Below are positions 1-12,388 of a DNA stretch of 55,250 bases, piece by piece. Source of the stretch: an uncultured virus (IMG/VR IMGVR_UViG_3300027241_000181) (taxonomy: Duplodnaviria > Heunggongvirae > Uroviricota > Caudoviricetes); IMG/VR virus record IMGVR_UViG_3300027241_000181. The stretch is one strand, 5' to 3'. Position 1 is the stretch's first letter. Each line of letters begins with the position of its first letter. The position numbers and the translations under genes are program-made. The notes beneath the pieces are model-generated. The model was not told the origin of the DNA and made no database searches. It was given only the letters and a program-made list of their open reading frames with translations.

Positions 1-1
1 A

Positions 2-277
2 GTCTTAAAATCTTATGAAAATGCTAGAGTCTTAAACTCTCCTTTTTCTAAAGATTATAAATTTGTTGAATCAAGGGTTAAGGAAGGTTTTGTAGTTAAT
101 ACACCTTGGTTGCTAGCTCACATGTCAAGTTGTGAAGTTAAATGGGAAGATTCTAAAGGAGGTGTTAGTGAAGATACGCTATTCGGTAGAAAGCTAAGAT
201 CTAAATATCCAACTGGCCACGTCTACTCAAGCCCAACGTATTTGAGATGTCACTATTCAGGCCTCTGGGACGTTTAA
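2..277 (+). CDS. 3' fragment of a CDS (5' end outside window), possibly a glycosyltransferase C-terminus
   Basis: Frame 2 is open from the window edge to TAA at 275-277 (VLKSYENARVLN...WEDSKGGVSEDTLFGRKL...YLRCHYSGLWDV). The SED-x-x-F segment is reminiscent of GT2. Not in the ORF track. Confidence 0.5.
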   Translation, partial: VLKSYENARVLNSPFSKDYKFVESRVKEGFVVNTPWLLAHMSSCEVKWEDSKGGVSEDTLFGRKLRSKYPTGHVYSSPTYLRCHYSGLWDV

Positions 278-1462
278 AAATACGGGATCATATCCATATT
301 TTTGACAATAGGCGTTCATTTTCTTTTGTAGCTCTGACGAAACTGATTGAAGTTCATTCTTTAAACTTTCAAATCCTTGATGTTTTCGATCATTAACCAC
401 GCTCTGTGGAGAAACCCATTTTACGTTTAGATTCTTATCTTTTAAGAAATTGAACAAATCTATGGCTTGATCTTCAACCCGATATGTAAACTTGGGTCCC
501 ATTTTAATTATTAATTCGTCCCATCTTAAGATAGAATGAATAGCCTGTTCAACGGGATTCGATGATCTAGATACCCTGCCTCTTCTAATTCTAAATTTAA
601 GAGATTCGGGCCTAACGTCTTCAGTGAAAACAATTGATGGAATAGAATCCTTAGGGTTTCTGACGTTATAAATTAAGATTTCAGGTTTTAACTTATCAGT
701 GTGCTTAATCCACGGCCATGGCCCATTTTCAATTACATGTTGCCACGCTACAATTCCATCCTCCATAAGTTTTTCGTGACCTATTCTTAAACCCCAGCTA
801 CTTAATATAGAAGCTGTAAAACCTGTCCCAGTTCTAGGATGTCCTACGCCTAAGATTAAAACCTTTTTACGATCTAATCCTAGCGATTTTTCCATGTGCT
901 TAACATACTGTTGCATTATTTTGGGCTTTTCTTCTTCACTAGCGTGATACCAAGTCCATGCAACTGAACCCTGAATACCTTCAATTTCTTTTTGGACTTT
1001 ATCACTTTCATGTTTTAATTCATTAACATGATCATAATACTCTTCACCGAGTTCAATCTCCAACTTAATTGCAGTAGTAATTAAAAGAGCCCAGTTATAA
1101 TCATCATTAGCTTTAATACTGCTCTCATATAACTGCTTAAGTCTTAATCTTTCGCTATCAGAAGTATCAGGTGATAGTCTGTCAGGGTGACACTTAACCA
1201 CCATTTTTCTAAAAAGTTTCTTAAATGAAGGATCTCTTTCAGGCTCTTCTTCTGAATCTTTCGCTTGATTGGCCTGTTCAGCTGCATCTGAAGTTACCTT
1301 ACTATCAAATAAATCTGGCCTTTTTAATCCTGCAATCGCGGAGCTAAAATCAGAATTAATATTAGATTGTATTTCCTTTAGATCATTCAAGTCCTCAATG
1401 AAGAACTCATATTGTCTAATCATTCGTTTGAAATCTATTATCTGAGAGCCTAGCTTTTTCAT
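257..1462 (-). CDS. J-domain-like (HPD) region fused to a sulfotransferase-like domain
   Basis: FKKLFRKMVVKCHPDRL is J-domain-like. The C-terminal ILGVGHPRTGTGF resembles the 5'-PSB loop GxPRSGT, with VRNP and YRVED, as in sulfotransferases. Confidence 0.6.
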   Translation of the reverse strand: MKKLGSQIIDFKRMIRQYEFFIEDLNDLKEIQSNINSDFSSAIAGLKRPDLFDSKVTSDAAEQANQAKDSEEEPERDPSFKKLFRKMVVKCHPDRLSPDTSDSERLRLKQLYESSIKANDDYNWALLITTAIKLEIELGEEYYDHVNELKHESDKVQKEIEGIQGSVAWTWYHASEEEKPKIMQQYVKHMEKSLGLDRKKVLILGVGHPRTGTGFTASILSSWGLRIGHEKLMEDGIVAWQHVIENGPWPWIKHTDKLKPEILIYNVRNPKDSIPSIVFTEDVRPESLKFRIRRGRVSRSSNPVEQAIHSILRWDELIIKMGPKFTYRVEDQAIDLFNFLKDKNLNVKWVSPQSVVNDRKHQGFESLKNELQSVSSELQKKMNAYCQKYGYDPVFLNVPEA

Positions 1463-1600
1463 GCAATTTACGTAGATTAAGTCTTTGATTAAAATGATTA
1501 AAAATCAGCCAGTATGTAAACTTTAACCCAATCTTTGTGTATATATACCATAGTGAGAAAACCCTCAAACATAAACCTCAAATAAACAATCTAGTAAGAC

Positions 1601-2359
1601 ATGTCTCAAATCAAAATCAAACAGATTGATGGCTTGCAAGAGATTCTTGACGCTATCATTCTTTCGATCACGTCTGGATCGCTAAAGTCAACCTTTACAC
1701 AGGTTGGCCATGGCTTCTCAGCAGGTCAGGTTGTTGCCTTCGACGGTGGTACATGGGTCCTTGCTGATGCATCTATTGAGGACAAACTAGGTAGAATTGT
1801 TATTGAATCAACTCCATCCGCCGACACTTTTGTCGGTGTTCAGGTTGGTAAGGTAACAGTTGCTACTTGGAATCTTGTCCCAGGTGCGTTTTATGTTGTT
1901 GACGATTCAGGAACGGGTAATCCTGTATTGTTCACAACAAACGACGCGTATGCATACAGTAACCCAATCATGCAGGCAATTACCGAAACGACAGCACATG
2001 TCCTTCCTTGGAGACCATCAGTTGGTGGCGCACCAGTCGACACAGGAGTCGAAGTGTACCAAAGAGATCAAAACCCTCTACCAACCAACGGTGATTATTC
2101 AGCGACGGGCATTACAATTAATTACACTCCTTTCTTGGATTCAGCGGTTGACATTCTAGTCAACGGTGTTGGTGTTCAAGAAGGAAACGGTGTTAGAACA
2201 TCAGACTGTTACTTCTCCAATGACGGAGGTCTAACAGCTAAGCTGATTGCTGACATCGAAGCCGGCGACGAATTATACTGGAACGGCGAACTTTCAGGAT
2301 TTGATTTGACTGCAGATGACATTATTGACATCATCTACAACAAATCAGCTCTAGATTAA
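1601..2359 (+). CDS. putative virion structural protein
   Basis: 252-aa beta-rich acidic ORF heading the fibre cluster, preceded by a TATATA motif. No recognisable enzyme motif. Confidence 0.55.
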   Translation: MSQIKIKQIDGLQEILDAIILSITSGSLKSTFTQVGHGFSAGQVVAFDGGTWVLADASIEDKLGRIVIESTPSADTFVGVQVGKVTVATWNLVPGAFYVVDDSGTGNPVLFTTNDAYAYSNPIMQAITETTAHVLPWRPSVGGAPVDTGVEVYQRDQNPLPTNGDYSATGITINYTPFLDSAVDILVNGVGVQEGNGVRTSDCYFSNDGGLTAKLIADIEAGDELYWNGELSGFDLTADDIIDIIYNKSALD

Positions 2360-2389
2360 ACCTAAACCAAAACAGACATTTATTATAAA

Positions 2390-5300
2390 ATGGCAATTCC
2401 TTTAATTAAAACGACAGGTACCTCAGGTTCTTCTGGTTCTTCAGGTACTAACGGTACTTCAGGTACTTCCGGCACAGCCGGAACTTCGGGTACCTCGGGT
2501 TCATCAGGTACGTCTGGCTCGTCTGGTACTTCTGGTTCTTCAGGTACGTCTGGTTCGTCTGGTACTTCTGGTACTTCTGGTACCGCTGGTACTTCAGGAA
2601 CTTCAGGTACATCTGGATCTTCAGGTACATCTGGTTCTTCAGGTACTTCGGGTACTTCAGGTTCTTCAGGCTCATCTGGTTCATCAGGTACAGACGGTAC
2701 CGATGGTACGGACGGTAGTTCCGGTTCATCAGGTACTTCGGGTACTTCAGGCACTTCAGGTTCTTCAGGTTCATCTGGTACTTCAGGTCTATCTGGAACT
2801 TCGGGTCTAGATGGTACGGACGGTAGTTCCGGTTCATCTGGTACTTCAGGTTCATCAGGTACAGATGGTACATCAGGTACTTCAGGTACTTCAGGTACTT
2901 CAGGTACTTCGGGTTCATCTGGTACAGACGGAACTTCAGGTTCATCTGGTACAGACGGAACTTCAGGCTCATCTGGTACAGACGGAACTTCAGGCTCATC
3001 TGGTACAGACGGAACTTCAGGCTCATCTGGTACTTCAGGTACTTCAGGTACTTCGGGTACTTCAGGTACTTCAGGTTCATCTGGTACTTCAGGTTCATCT
3101 GGTACTTCAGGCACTTCAGGTACTTCAGGTTCATCTGGTACAAATGGTACTGGCGGTTCTTCAGGTTCATCTGGTACTTCTGGTACTTCTGGTACTTCTG
3201 GTACTTCTGGTACTTCTGGTACCTCTGGTTCATCAGGTACAGATGGTACATCAGGTACATCAGGTACTTCAGGTACTTCGGGTACTTCAGGTACTTCAGG
3301 TTCATCAGGTACAGATGGTACATCAGGTACATCAGGTACATCTGGTACTTCAGGTTCATCAGGTTATGATGGCGCTAAATCAGGATGTTACGGCGATCCA
3401 AATGGTGACGTAACAGGTTCATTCGTTGGTCAACTTTATTTTGACTGTGACGGTGGTATTTGGGAATGGTCAGGCTATGGTCCTGGTAACCCTGCACCAT
3501 GTGATCAAGGTATGGACGTTGTGTTCTTGGTTGACTACACCGGTTCAATGGGTGGAGCAATCAACAACGTTAAGTCTTCAATTGCAGCTATCGCTTCAAC
3601 GATCGAGACAGAATCTAATAACAACTACAGACTATCTCTTGTAACATTTGACGAGTACGGAGTTGACGGTACACCAACTTACGGTGCAACTGCAACTTAC
3701 AACGCTCTTCCATCTACACAGAGATACATTCTAAACAATTACACAGCTAGCAGATCTTCACACATCACTGCTCTAGAGACATTCTCGTCAAACAACATCT
3801 CTTCGTTCACTTCACAGTTGAACAAGATGAATACAGTTGACTTCCCTCTAGGTAATGGTCAAGGTACTCCAGAACCAGCAGGTATTGCTCTTGATAGAGT
3901 AATCAACTCTGGTATGGTAGGTGGCTTTAGAGAAGGTGTTGCTAAGTACATTGTTCTTATTACAGACGCACCTGACGGTGGTAGCGACGACGCATACACT
4001 CAAGCAGATATTGATTACGCTGATGTATTGAAAGTTGACGCTTACAACGCTAACGCACAGGTGCTGTTGATGACTACTTATTCAACTTCATCACTTAACA
4101 CAATCGCAACCTATTCTGGTGGTATTGTTACTAACAGCCACGCCCCTGGTGCGGTACAAACAGTGATCGAAGAGACATGTACGGCTAACGAAGGATCTAC
4201 TCCAGGTGGCGGCGCATGGACATTTAAAGGTTACATTTCAGGTGAAGCTGGTCTTCCAGGTTCTTCTGGTACTTCTGGAACTTCTGGCACAGACGGTACA
4301 TCTGGAACATCTGGTACTTCTGGTACTTCAGGTTCATCTGGTACTTCTGGTACTTCTGGTACTTCAGGTTCATCAGGTACAAACGGTACTTCAGGAACAT
4401 CTGGTACTTCTGGTACTTCTGGTACTTCTGGTTCATCAGGTATAACTGGTGAAGGAGGTTCTTCTGGTTCATCAGGTACAGATGGTACTTCTGGTTCATC
4501 GGGTCTATCTGGTACTTCAGGCTTAGACGGCACTGATGGTACATCAGGTACTTCAGGTACTTCAGGTACTTCAGGTACTTCAGGTTCATCTGGTACAGAC
4601 GGAACTTCAGGTTCATCTGGTACAGACGGAACTTCAGGCTCATCTGGTACAGACGGAACTTCAGGCTCATCTGGTACAGACGGAACTTCAGGCTCATCTG
4701 GTACTTCAGGTACTTCAGGTACTTCGGGTACTTCAGGTACTTCAGGTTCATCTGGTACTTCAGGTTCATCTGGTACTTCAGGCACTTCAGGTACTTCAGG
4801 TTCATCTGGTACAAATGGTACTGGCGGTTCTTCAGGTTCATCTGGTACTTCTGGTACTTCTGGTTCATCTGGTACTTCTGGTACTTCTGGTACTTCTGGT
4901 ACTTCGGGTTCTTCAGGTACAAACGGTACAAACGGTACTTCGGGTTCTTCAGGTACAAATGGTACAAACGGTACTTCGGGTTCTTCAGGTACAAACGGTA
5001 CTTCGGGTTCTTCAGGTACAAACGGTACTTCAGGTTCTTCAGGTTCTTCGGGTTCATCTGGTTCTTCAGGTACAAACGGTACTTCAGGTTCTTCAGGTTC
5101 TTCGGGTTCATCTGGTTCTTCAGGTACAAACGGTACTTCAGGTTCTTCGGGTTCTTCGGGTTCTTCGGGTTCATCTGGTTCTTCAGGTACAAACGGTACT
5201 TCAGGTTCTTCAGGTACAAATGGTACAAACGGTACTTCAGGTTCTTCAGGTACAAATGGTACAAACGGTACTTCAGGTTCTTCAGGTACAAACGGTACTT

Positions 5301-8300
5301 CAGGTTCTTCAGGTACAGATGGTACAGACGGTACTTCAGGTACTAACGGTACTTCAGGTTCTTCAGGTACTAACGGTACTTCAGGTACAAACGGTACTTC
5401 TGGTACTTCTGGTACATCAGGTTCTTCAGGTACAAACGGTACATCAGGTACAAACGGTACTTCTGGTACATCTGGTTCTTCAGGTACTGCTGGTACTTCA
5501 GGTTCTTCAGGTACAAACGGTACATCAGGTACAAACGGTACTTCTGGTACTTCTGGTACTTCTGGTACTTCTGGCACTTCTGGTACAAACGGTACAAACG
5601 GTACTTCTGGTACTGCTGGTACTTCTGGTACATCAGGTGTTAACGGTACAATTGACGCGCCTTATTTCTTTGGTGGTCAAGGAGATGCAACTGCAACTAA
5701 CTTCACCACAAATACAGGCGATCTATACAACGCAACAGAAATTAGAATCAATAATTTCGATAGATGGATGAATGACAGAACAACCCTTCATAATGTGATG
5801 GGTGCTGCTTCACAACTATTGTTCGAATTTAACGGTGCTGATAGACACGAGTTCACAATTAATGCTAAATTGATTGTCGGTAACGAAGCAGTCTTCACTG
5901 TTGCTAGAATTAACTCTCCAGATCCTGGTTATGTGCCAGTGATCGGAAACATGCTAATTATTAAATACACGGTTGCAGGTGCAGGCGGTATCTCGGGTAC
6001 TTCAGGTTCATCTGGTTCATCTGGTACATCAGGTTCTTCTGGTACATCAGGTACTTCAGGTACTGCTGGAACATCAGGTTCTTCTGGTACATCAGGTACT
6101 TCAGGTACTGCTGGAACATCAGGTTCTTCTGGTACATCAGGTACTAACGGTACATCAGGTACTAATGGTACATCTGGAACTTCAGGTTCATCTGGTTCAT
6201 CTGGTACATCAGGTACTTCAGGTACTTCTGGAACATCAGGTACAAACGGTACATCAGGTTCTTCTGGTACTTCAGGTACTTCAGGTACTGCTGGAACATC
6301 AGGTTCATCAGGTACAAACGGTACTTCAGGTACTTCAGGCTCATCTGGTACATCGGGTACTTCTGGTACATCGGGTACTTCTGGACATGATGGTGCTAAG
6401 TCAGCATCTTCAGTTGTAGAATTAGGTACAGGTTCATTCCCTGGTCAACTAGGTTTCACAGCAGACGGTCTTGTTTATCAATGGGACGGAGCTGCCGCAT
6501 GGAACCTAGTAGCTGATCTAAACGGTACTTCTGGTTCATCTGGTTCTTCAGGTACTAACGGTACTTCAGGCTCATCTGGTTCATCTGGTTCATCTGGTTC
6601 TTCAGGTACTAACGGTACTAACGGTACTTCAGGTACAAATGGTACTTCAGGATCATCTGGTTCATCTGGTTCATCAGGTACAAATGGTACTTCTGGTACA
6701 AATGGTACTTCTGGTTCATCAGGTTCATCGGGTTCTTCAGGTACTTCAGGTTCATCTGGTACAAACGGTACTTCTGGTACAAACGGTACTTCAGGTTCAT
6801 CAGGTTCATCAGGTTCATCAGGTTCATCAGGTACATCTGGTTCTTCAGGTGTTAACGGTGCTAAAGGTGCTACTGGTGCTCAAGGTGCTCAAGGTGCTCA
6901 AGGTGCTCAAGGTGCTCAAGGTGCTCAAGGTGCAGTCGGTACTGCAGCAACAATCGATGTTGCTCCAGCTCTTACTGGTGCAGAAGGTACTCCAGTTGAA
7001 GTTCTAAACATTGGAACGCCTTTGAACGCTAACCTAGAATTCACAATCCCAATTGGTCAAAAAGGTCAAAAAGGTGCTACAGGCGCTCAAGGAGCTGCAG
7101 GTACTTCTGGTACTTCAGGCTCATCGGGTACAAATGGTACAAACGGTACTTCTGGTACAAACGGTACTTCTGGTACATCTGGTTCATCAGGTACAAATGG
7201 TACTTCTGGTACTAATGGTACAAGCGGTACTTCTGGTACAAACGGTACTTCTGGTACAAACGGTACTTCTGGTACAAACGGTACTTCTGGTACTTCAGGT
7301 TCATCAGGCACAAACGGTACTTCTGGTACAAACGGTACTTCTGGTACTTCTGGTTCATCAGGTACATCTGGTTCTTCAGGTGTTAACGGTGCTAAAGGCT
7401 CTACTGGTGCTCAAGGTGCTCAAGGTGCTCAAGGTGCATCAGGTTCATCAGGTTCATCAGGTACATCTGGTTCTTCAGGTGTTAACGGTGCTAAAGGTGC
7501 TACTGGTGCTCAAGGTGCTCAAGGTGCTACAGGTGCCCAAGGTGCTCAAGGTAACGTAGGTACTGCAGCCCAAGTTAACGTTGCTCCAACAGTTACATCG
7601 GCTGAAGGTACTCCTGCTCAAGTTGTAAACCTAGGTGATACTTTAAACGCCAACTTTGAATTTACAATTCCAGTTGGTCAAAAAGGTCAAAAAGGTCAGA
7701 CTGGTGCTACGGGTGCTCAAGGTGCTCAAGGCGCTGCTGGTACTTCAGGTACATCTGGTTCATCTGGTTCATCAGGCACGTCTGGTTCTTCAGGTGTTAA
7801 CGGTGCTCAAGGTGCTCAAGGCGCTGGCGGTGCTACAGGTGCTCAAGGCGCTACTGGTGCTCAAGGTGCTCAAGGTGCTCAAGGTGCTCAAGGTGCTCAA
7901 GGTGCTGCCGGTACTTCTGGTTCATCAGGTACTTCTGGTTCATCAGGTACATCTGGTTCTTCAGGTGTTAACGGTGCTAAAGGCTCTACTGGTGCTCAAG
8001 GTGCTCAAGGTGCTCAAGGCGCTACAGGTGCTCAAGGTGCTCAAGGTGCCGCAGGTGTCAATGGTACTTCTGGTTCATCAGGTACTTCTGGTTCTTCAGG
8101 TGTTAACGGTGCTCAAGGTGCTCAAGGTGCTACAGGTGCTCAAGGTGCTCAAGGCCAAAAAGGCGCTACAGGTGCTCAAGGCGCTCAAGGCGCTCAAGGT
8201 AACACAGGTACTGCAGCAACAATCGATGTTGCTCCAGCCCTAACAGGTGGACCTGGTACTCCAGTTGAAGTTCTAAACATTGGTAACGCTACCAATGCTA

Positions 8301-9004
8301 ACTTCCAGTTTACTATTCCTTCAGGTGTACAAGGTGCTCAAGGTGCTGGTGGTGCTAAAGGTTCTACTGGTGCTACAGGTGCTCAAGGTGCTCAAGGCGC
8401 TGGCGGTGCTACAGGTGCTCAAGGTGCTACAGGTGCTCAAGGTGCTCAAGGTGCAGCTGCTCCTATCACAAACAACGTCAACAATAGAGTTCTTACAGCC
8501 ACTGGTTCTACAACCATCAACGGTGAAACTAACCTAACGTTTGACGGTAACACGCTCCTATGGAAAGCCGGTGATGTTGGTTTCTACAGCCAACCTGGTG
8601 GTCCATACCCGAACGGGACCTGGGTCGAATTCTCTAACAGCGCAATGGTGAACGACGGAGATATGGAAGCTCCAATGCCAATGATGTGGGATTTTGTATC
8701 TAATGGAGTTGGTTTCCAAGGTTCATCACTACGATTCAAGACTGATGTTGAAACTCTAACATTTGACGCTGAGGAATTCCTAAGCCTGAATGCTAGAGAG
8801 TTCACATGGAAAGAATCTGGTAAGAAAGACCTAGGTTTCATTGCAGAAGAAGTTGCTGCATTTGACGAGAGACTAGCAGTTTCTGACGGTCAAGGTGGCT
8901 TCATCTCGATGCATTACGACAAAATGACGGTTTACTTATTCGAAATCGTTAAGGACCTACACTCTAGAGTGAAGGATCTAGAAAATAGAATAAATAAACT
9001 TTAA
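2390..9004 (+). CDS. giant Gly-X-Y (GTS/GSS/GTN then GAQ) collagen-like fibre with vWA domain and C-terminal S74-type intramolecular chaperone
   Basis: 2204 aa with long Gly-X-Y runs. vWA with MIDAS-like [12 protein letters not shown]...ITDA at ~3512-4180. C-terminal [12 protein letters not shown]...GFIAEEV...Y plus coiled coil, typical of tail-fibre chaperones. Confidence 0.85.
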   Translation: MAIPLIKTTGTSGSSGSSGTNGTSGTSGTAGTSGTSGSSGTSGSSGTSGSSGTSGSSGTSGTSGTAGTSGTSGTSGSSGTSGSSGTSGTSGSSGSSGSSGTDGTDGTDGSSGSSGTSGTSGTSGSSGSSGTSGLSGTSGLDGTDGSSGSSGTSGSSGTDGTSGTSGTSGTSGTSGSSGTDGTSGSSGTDGTSGSSGTDGTSGSSGTDGTSGSSGTSGTSGTSGTSGTSGSSGTSGSSGTSGTSGTSGSSGTNGTGGSSGSSGTSGTSGTSGTSGTSGTSGSSGTDGTSGTSGTSGTSGTSGTSGSSGTDGTSGTSGTSGTSGSSGYDGAKSGCYGDPNGDVTGSFVGQLYFDCDGGIWEWSGYGPGNPAPCDQGMDVVFLVDYTGSMGGAINNVKSSIAAIASTIETESNNNYRLSLVTFDEYGVDGTPTYGATATYNALPSTQRYILNNYTASRSSHITALETFSSNNISSFTSQLNKMNTVDFPLGNGQGTPEPAGIALDRVINSGMVGGFREGVAKYIVLITDAPDGGSDDAYTQADIDYADVLKVDAYNANAQVLLMTTYSTSSLNTIATYSGGIVTNSHAPGAVQTVIEETCTANEGSTPGGGAWTFKGYISGEAGLPGSSGTSGTSGTDGTSGTSGTSGTSGSSGTSGTSGTSGSSGTNGTSGTSGTSGTSGTSGSSGITGEGGSSGSSGTDGTSGSSGLSGTSGLDGTDGTSGTSGTSGTSGTSGSSGTDGTSGSSGTDGTSGSSGTDGTSGSSGTDGTSGSSGTSGTSGTSGTSGTSGSSGTSGSSGTSGTSGTSGSSGTNGTGGSSGSSGTSGTSGSSGTSGTSGTSGTSGSSGTNGTNGTSGSSGTNGTNGTSGSSGTNGTSGSSGTNGTSGSSGSSGSSGSSGTNGTSGSSGSSGSSGSSGTNGTSGSSGSSGSSGSSGSSGTNGTSGSSGTNGTNGTSGSSGTNGTNGTSGSSGTNGTSGSSGTDGTDGTSGTNGTSGSSGTNGTSGTNGTSGTSGTSGSSGTNGTSGTNGTSGTSGSSGTAGTSGSSGTNGTSGTNGTSGTSGTSGTSGTSGTNGTNGTSGTAGTSGTSGVNGTIDAPYFFGGQGDATATNFTTNTGDLYNATEIRINNFDRWMNDRTTLHNVMGAASQLLFEFNGADRHEFTINAKLIVGNEAVFTVARINSPDPGYVPVIGNMLIIKYTVAGAGGISGTSGSSGSSGTSGSSGTSGTSGTAGTSGSSGTSGTSGTAGTSGSSGTSGTNGTSGTNGTSGTSGSSGSSGTSGTSGTSGTSGTNGTSGSSGTSGTSGTAGTSGSSGTNGTSGTSGSSGTSGTSGTSGTSGHDGAKSASSVVELGTGSFPGQLGFTADGLVYQWDGAAAWNLVADLNGTSGSSGSSGTNGTSGSSGSSGSSGSSGTNGTNGTSGTNGTSGSSGSSGSSGTNGTSGTNGTSGSSGSSGSSGTSGSSGTNGTSGTNGTSGSSGSSGSSGSSGTSGSSGVNGAKGATGAQGAQGAQGAQGAQGAQGAVGTAATIDVAPALTGAEGTPVEVLNIGTPLNANLEFTIPIGQKGQKGATGAQGAAGTSGTSGSSGTNGTNGTSGTNGTSGTSGSSGTNGTSGTNGTSGTSGTNGTSGTNGTSGTNGTSGTSGSSGTNGTSGTNGTSGTSGSSGTSGSSGVNGAKGSTGAQGAQGAQGASGSSGSSGTSGSSGVNGAKGATGAQGAQGATGAQGAQGNVGTAAQVNVAPTVTSAEGTPAQVVNLGDTLNANFEFTIPVGQKGQKGQTGATGAQGAQGAAGTSGTSGSSGSSGTSGSSGVNGAQGAQGAGGATGAQGATGAQGAQGAQGAQGAQGAAGTSGSSGTSGSSGTSGSSGVNGAKGSTGAQGAQGAQGATGAQGAQGAAGVNGTSGSSGTSGSSGVNGAQGAQGATGAQGAQGQKGATGAQGAQGAQGNTGTAATIDVAPALTGGPGTPVEVLNIGNATNANFQFTIPSGVQGAQGAGGAKGSTGATGAQGAQGAGGATGAQGATGAQGAQGAAAPITNNVNNRVLTATGSTTINGETNLTFDGNTLLWKAGDVGFYSQPGGPYPNGTWVEFSNSAMVNDGDMEAPMPMMWDFVSNGVGFQGSSLRFKTDVETLTFDAEEFLSLNAREFTWKESGKKDLGFIAEEVAAFDERLAVSDGQGGFISMHYDKMTVYLFEIVKDLHSRVKDLENRINKL
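2411..8455 (+). repeat. 9-bp-periodic coding tandem repeats (GGTACTTCA/GGTTCATCT/GGTGCTCAA) interrupted by globular modules
   Basis: Directly visible; encodes Gly-X-Y triplets. Confidence 0.9.
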
Positions 9005-9017
9005 ATAAGCTGAAAGC

Positions 9018-9048
9018 GGACCCGGTCTTCGGACCGGGTCCTTTTCTT
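9018..9048 (+). terminator. intrinsic terminator
   Basis: GGACCCGGTC-TTCG-GACCGGGTCC followed by TTTTCTT. Confidence 0.8.
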
Positions 9049-9067
9049 AAAAAAACAAGATAAGAAA

Positions 9068-12000
9068 ATGTCTAGAATTAGTCTTAAAGACTTAGCAACG
9101 TTTAGATCTACATTCGTTCTAAAGGATTCCGATGCAGAATTACTAAAAGCTAAGTTCATTGACACTACAAGAACAACTGCAGGTAAAACTGCAAATGCTT
9201 ACGGTGCTGATGAATCTTACACCAAGCTTTTTGCAATGGGTCCAATCGTTGATGAACTTACACGTGGTGTTAAGGCACTTGAGAATGAGATGACTCACCT
9301 CCACGAGTATATTACTGGTCAGCTTGGTCGTGATGCAGATAAAACCCTTCTTCCTCCAAACGTAGCATTTACGGATGCTCTTGGAAATGAATACAATCTA
9401 ATTACATTCGACGAAGCCACCAAAACATCACAGATCAATGTAGATGAACTTTTTGTTGGTCCAAACTCACTATATGTTAATGGTAAGAAAGTCATCGAGG
9501 ATAACTCCGACACTATTAACATTTCAACCGATCCAGGTCAAAACCTTGTTATTAAAACTCTTAACAACGGTATTCTACAATTCTCTGCTCAAGAGGGTGG
9601 TATGAATTTTAATTCGACTGGCGGTGTTACATTTAACTCAGACATCACTATTAACTCGGCTAAATCGATCTCTGGTTCTAATGCAACCACAGGTCTACAA
9701 CTTGGTAAAACTCAAGTTAATGGTCAGCTAACAGTTGATGGTAATATCATTCTTCCGGGTACAGCAAAAATTGCTTTTGCAGGTGACGCGGCAGAAACAT
9801 TCATTGCAGCAAATACAGATTCTCCAGAAGATTTGGAGATCTTCGCTGATCAGGACATTCACCTAAGACCGGATAACAACGTTACGGTCAACGGTACACC
9901 AATCCTAAATTCTTCAGGTCAATGGATTGGTCCTAATTCTGGCCTAATTGGTGCTACAGGTGCTCAAGGTGCTCAAGGTGCTAGAGGTGCTCAAGGTGCT
10001 AATGGCACTTCAGGTACATCTGGTTCTTCAGGTACATCTGGTTCTTCAGGTGTAAATGGTGCTCAAGGTGCTCAAGGAGCTGTTGGTCAAAAAGGTGCTA
10101 CGGGTAATACAGGCGCTCAAGGTGCTCAAGGTGCTGCAGGTACTTCAGGTACATCTGGTTCTTCAGGTGTAAATGGTGCTCAAGGTGCTCAAGGAGCTGT
10201 TGGTCAAAAAGGTGCTACAGGTGCTACTGGTGCTCAAGGTGCTGCAGGTACATCTGGTTCTTCAGGTACATCTGGTTCTTCAGGTGTAAATGGTGCTCAA
10301 GGTGCTCAAGGAGCTGTTGGTCAAAAAGGTTCAACAGGTAATACAGGCGCTCAAGGCGCTCAAGGTGCTGCAGGTACTTCAGGTACATCTGGTTCTTCAG
10401 GTGTAAATGGTGCTCAAGGTGCTACAGGTGCTCAAGGAGCTGTTGGTCAAAAAGGTGATACGGGTAATACAGGTGCTCAAGGTGCTCAAGGTGCTGCAGG
10501 TACTTCAGGTACATCTGGTTCTTCAGGTGTAAATGGTGCTCAAGGTGCTACTGGTGCTCAAGGAGCTGTTGGTCAAAAAGGTGATACGGGTAATACAGGT
10601 GCTCAAGGTGCTCAAGGTGCTCAAGGTGCTCAAGGTGCTCAAGGTGCTCAAGGTTACCAAGGTCCTGTTGGTCAAAAAGGTGCTACAGGTGCTACAGGTG
10701 CTCAAGGCGCTCAAGGCGCTCAAGGTTACCAAGGTCCAATTGGTAATACAGGTGCTACTGGTGCTCAAGGTGCAGCAGGTGTAGACGGTATATCAGGTAC
10801 TTCAGGTGTAAATGGCGCTACAGGTGCTACTGGTGCTCAAGGTGCTACAGGTGCTCAAGGAGCTGTTGGTCAAAAAGGTGCTACAGGTGCTACTGGTGCT
10901 CAAGGTGCTCAAGGTGCTGCAGGTACTTCAGGTACATCTGGTTCTTCAGGTGTAAATGGTGCTCAAGGTGCTCAAGGAGCTGTTGGTCAAAAAGGTGCTA
11001 CGGGTAATACAGGTGCTCAAGGTGCTCAAGGTGCTCAAGGTGCTGCAGGTACTTCAGGTACTTCAGGTACATCTGGTTCTTCAGGTGTAAATGGTGCTCA
11101 AGGTGCTCAAGGAGCTGTTGGTCAAAAAGGTGCTACAGGTGCTACTGGTGCTCAAGGTGCTGCAGGTACTTCAGGTTCATCAGGTACATCTGGTTCTTCA
11201 GGTGTAAATGGCGGTACAGGTGCTCAAGGTGGTACAGGTGCTCAAGGTGCTCAAGGTGCTCAAGGTGCTCAAGGTTACCAAGGCCCTGTTGGTCAAAAAG
11301 GTGCTACAGGTGGCGGAGGTGCTACAGGTGCTACTGGTGCTCAAGGTGCTCAAGGTGCTCAAGGTGCTCAAGGTGCTGCAGGTACTTCAGGTTCATCAGG
11401 TACATCTGGTTCTTCAGGTGTAAATGGTGCTAAAGGTGCTACAGGTGGCGGAGGTGCTACAGGTGCTCAAGGTGCTCAAGGTGCTCAAGGTGCTGCAGGT
11501 ACTTCAGGTTCATCAGGTACATCTGGTTCTTCAGGTGTAAATGGTGCTACAGGTGCTCAAGGTGCTACTGGTGGCGGAGGTGCTACTGGTGCTCAAGGTG
11601 CTCAAGGTTACCAGGGTCCAGGCGGTCCAGGTGGTGCTCCTGGTGCTAAAGGTGCTACAGGTGCTCAAGGTGCTCAAGGTGCTCAAGGTGCTCAAGGTGC
11701 TGGCGGTGCTAAAGGTGCTACAGGTGCTACAGGTGCTACAGGTCCAAACGGTGGATCTTATCACTACACGGACGCAGGTAATAACTGGACTAAGTACAGA
11801 ATGTGGGGTACTGATTCTTCTTACGGTATTGGTATGGGTAATGACGTTGCCGATTACGGCTGGGTTACTGACTACGCTCTAACTTTCACAATGAACAGAC
11901 AGTCCAACAGAGGTTGGTCCTTCGTTGCATCTGATGGTTATGTAGCTTCTTCTATCTCTACTGATGGTAACATGGCTCTAAAAGGTCAACTGCACGTCGG

Positions 12001-12319
12001 AGGCGATATCGTAGCTTACTCATCAACTGCATCTGACCAAAACCTAAAGGAGAACATTGCAACTCTATCATCTGGTCTAGCTAAGATTGAAGCCCTAAGA
12101 GGTACAACCTTCACATGGAAAGATGAAAGAAGAGAAGGCACTCAATACGGTTTCATTGCACAAGAAGTTAAAGCAGTAATCCCAGAATTGGTATCAACAA
12201 ATATCGATCCTGTGACTCACGAACCATTCTTGTCAGTGAATTATGATGGTGTAATTCCAGTTCTAGTTGAGGCAATCAAAGAGCTAAAAGCTGAGATTGA
12301 TTTGCTAAAACAAGCATAA
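9068..12319 (+). CDS. collagen-like tail fibre with C-terminal S74-type chaperone
   Basis: Long GAQ/GAT/GQK/GTS Gly-X-Y run (~9950-11745). C-terminal SDQNLKENI...YGFIAQEV...[17 protein letters not shown]. Confidence 0.85.
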   Translation: MSRISLKDLATFRSTFVLKDSDAELLKAKFIDTTRTTAGKTANAYGADESYTKLFAMGPIVDELTRGVKALENEMTHLHEYITGQLGRDADKTLLPPNVAFTDALGNEYNLITFDEATKTSQINVDELFVGPNSLYVNGKKVIEDNSDTINISTDPGQNLVIKTLNNGILQFSAQEGGMNFNSTGGVTFNSDITINSAKSISGSNATTGLQLGKTQVNGQLTVDGNIILPGTAKIAFAGDAAETFIAANTDSPEDLEIFADQDIHLRPDNNVTVNGTPILNSSGQWIGPNSGLIGATGAQGAQGARGAQGANGTSGTSGSSGTSGSSGVNGAQGAQGAVGQKGATGNTGAQGAQGAAGTSGTSGSSGVNGAQGAQGAVGQKGATGATGAQGAAGTSGSSGTSGSSGVNGAQGAQGAVGQKGSTGNTGAQGAQGAAGTSGTSGSSGVNGAQGATGAQGAVGQKGDTGNTGAQGAQGAAGTSGTSGSSGVNGAQGATGAQGAVGQKGDTGNTGAQGAQGAQGAQGAQGAQGYQGPVGQKGATGATGAQGAQGAQGYQGPIGNTGATGAQGAAGVDGISGTSGVNGATGATGAQGATGAQGAVGQKGATGATGAQGAQGAAGTSGTSGSSGVNGAQGAQGAVGQKGATGNTGAQGAQGAQGAAGTSGTSGTSGSSGVNGAQGAQGAVGQKGATGATGAQGAAGTSGSSGTSGSSGVNGGTGAQGGTGAQGAQGAQGAQGYQGPVGQKGATGGGGATGATGAQGAQGAQGAQGAAGTSGSSGTSGSSGVNGAKGATGGGGATGAQGAQGAQGAAGTSGSSGTSGSSGVNGATGAQGATGGGGATGAQGAQGYQGPGGPGGAPGAKGATGAQGAQGAQGAQGAGGAKGATGATGATGPNGGSYHYTDAGNNWTKYRMWGTDSSYGIGMGNDVADYGWVTDYALTFTMNRQSNRGWSFVASDGYVASSISTDGNMALKGQLHVGGDIVAYSSTASDQNLKENIATLSSGLAKIEALRGTTFTWKDERREGTQYGFIAQEVKAVIPELVSTNIDPVTHEPFLSVNYDGVIPVLVEAIKELKAEIDLLKQA

Positions 12320-12334
12320 ATTGATTGAGAATAT

Positions 12335-12355
12335 GGGGTTCCTTATGGGAACCCC
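12335..12355 (+). terminator. hairpin / probable terminator
   Basis: GGGGTTCC-TTATG-GGAACCCC after the fibre gene; weak U-tract. Confidence 0.5.
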
Positions 12356-12388
12356 TAATCTCTTTCTTAAAAACACTAATACAATAAC

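Noticed and set aside
2411..11745. CRISPR array or non-coding satellite
   Set aside because: Repeats are contiguous, in frame, vary at synonymous positions and have no unique spacers.
2383..11882. Long alternative-frame and antisense ORFs (PEVPEV..., VLQVLQ..., KYLKYQ..., VLKVLK...)
   Set aside because: Shadows of the 9-bp Gly-X-Y repeat, which lacks stops in other frames; only the Gly-X-Y frame continues into globular domains.
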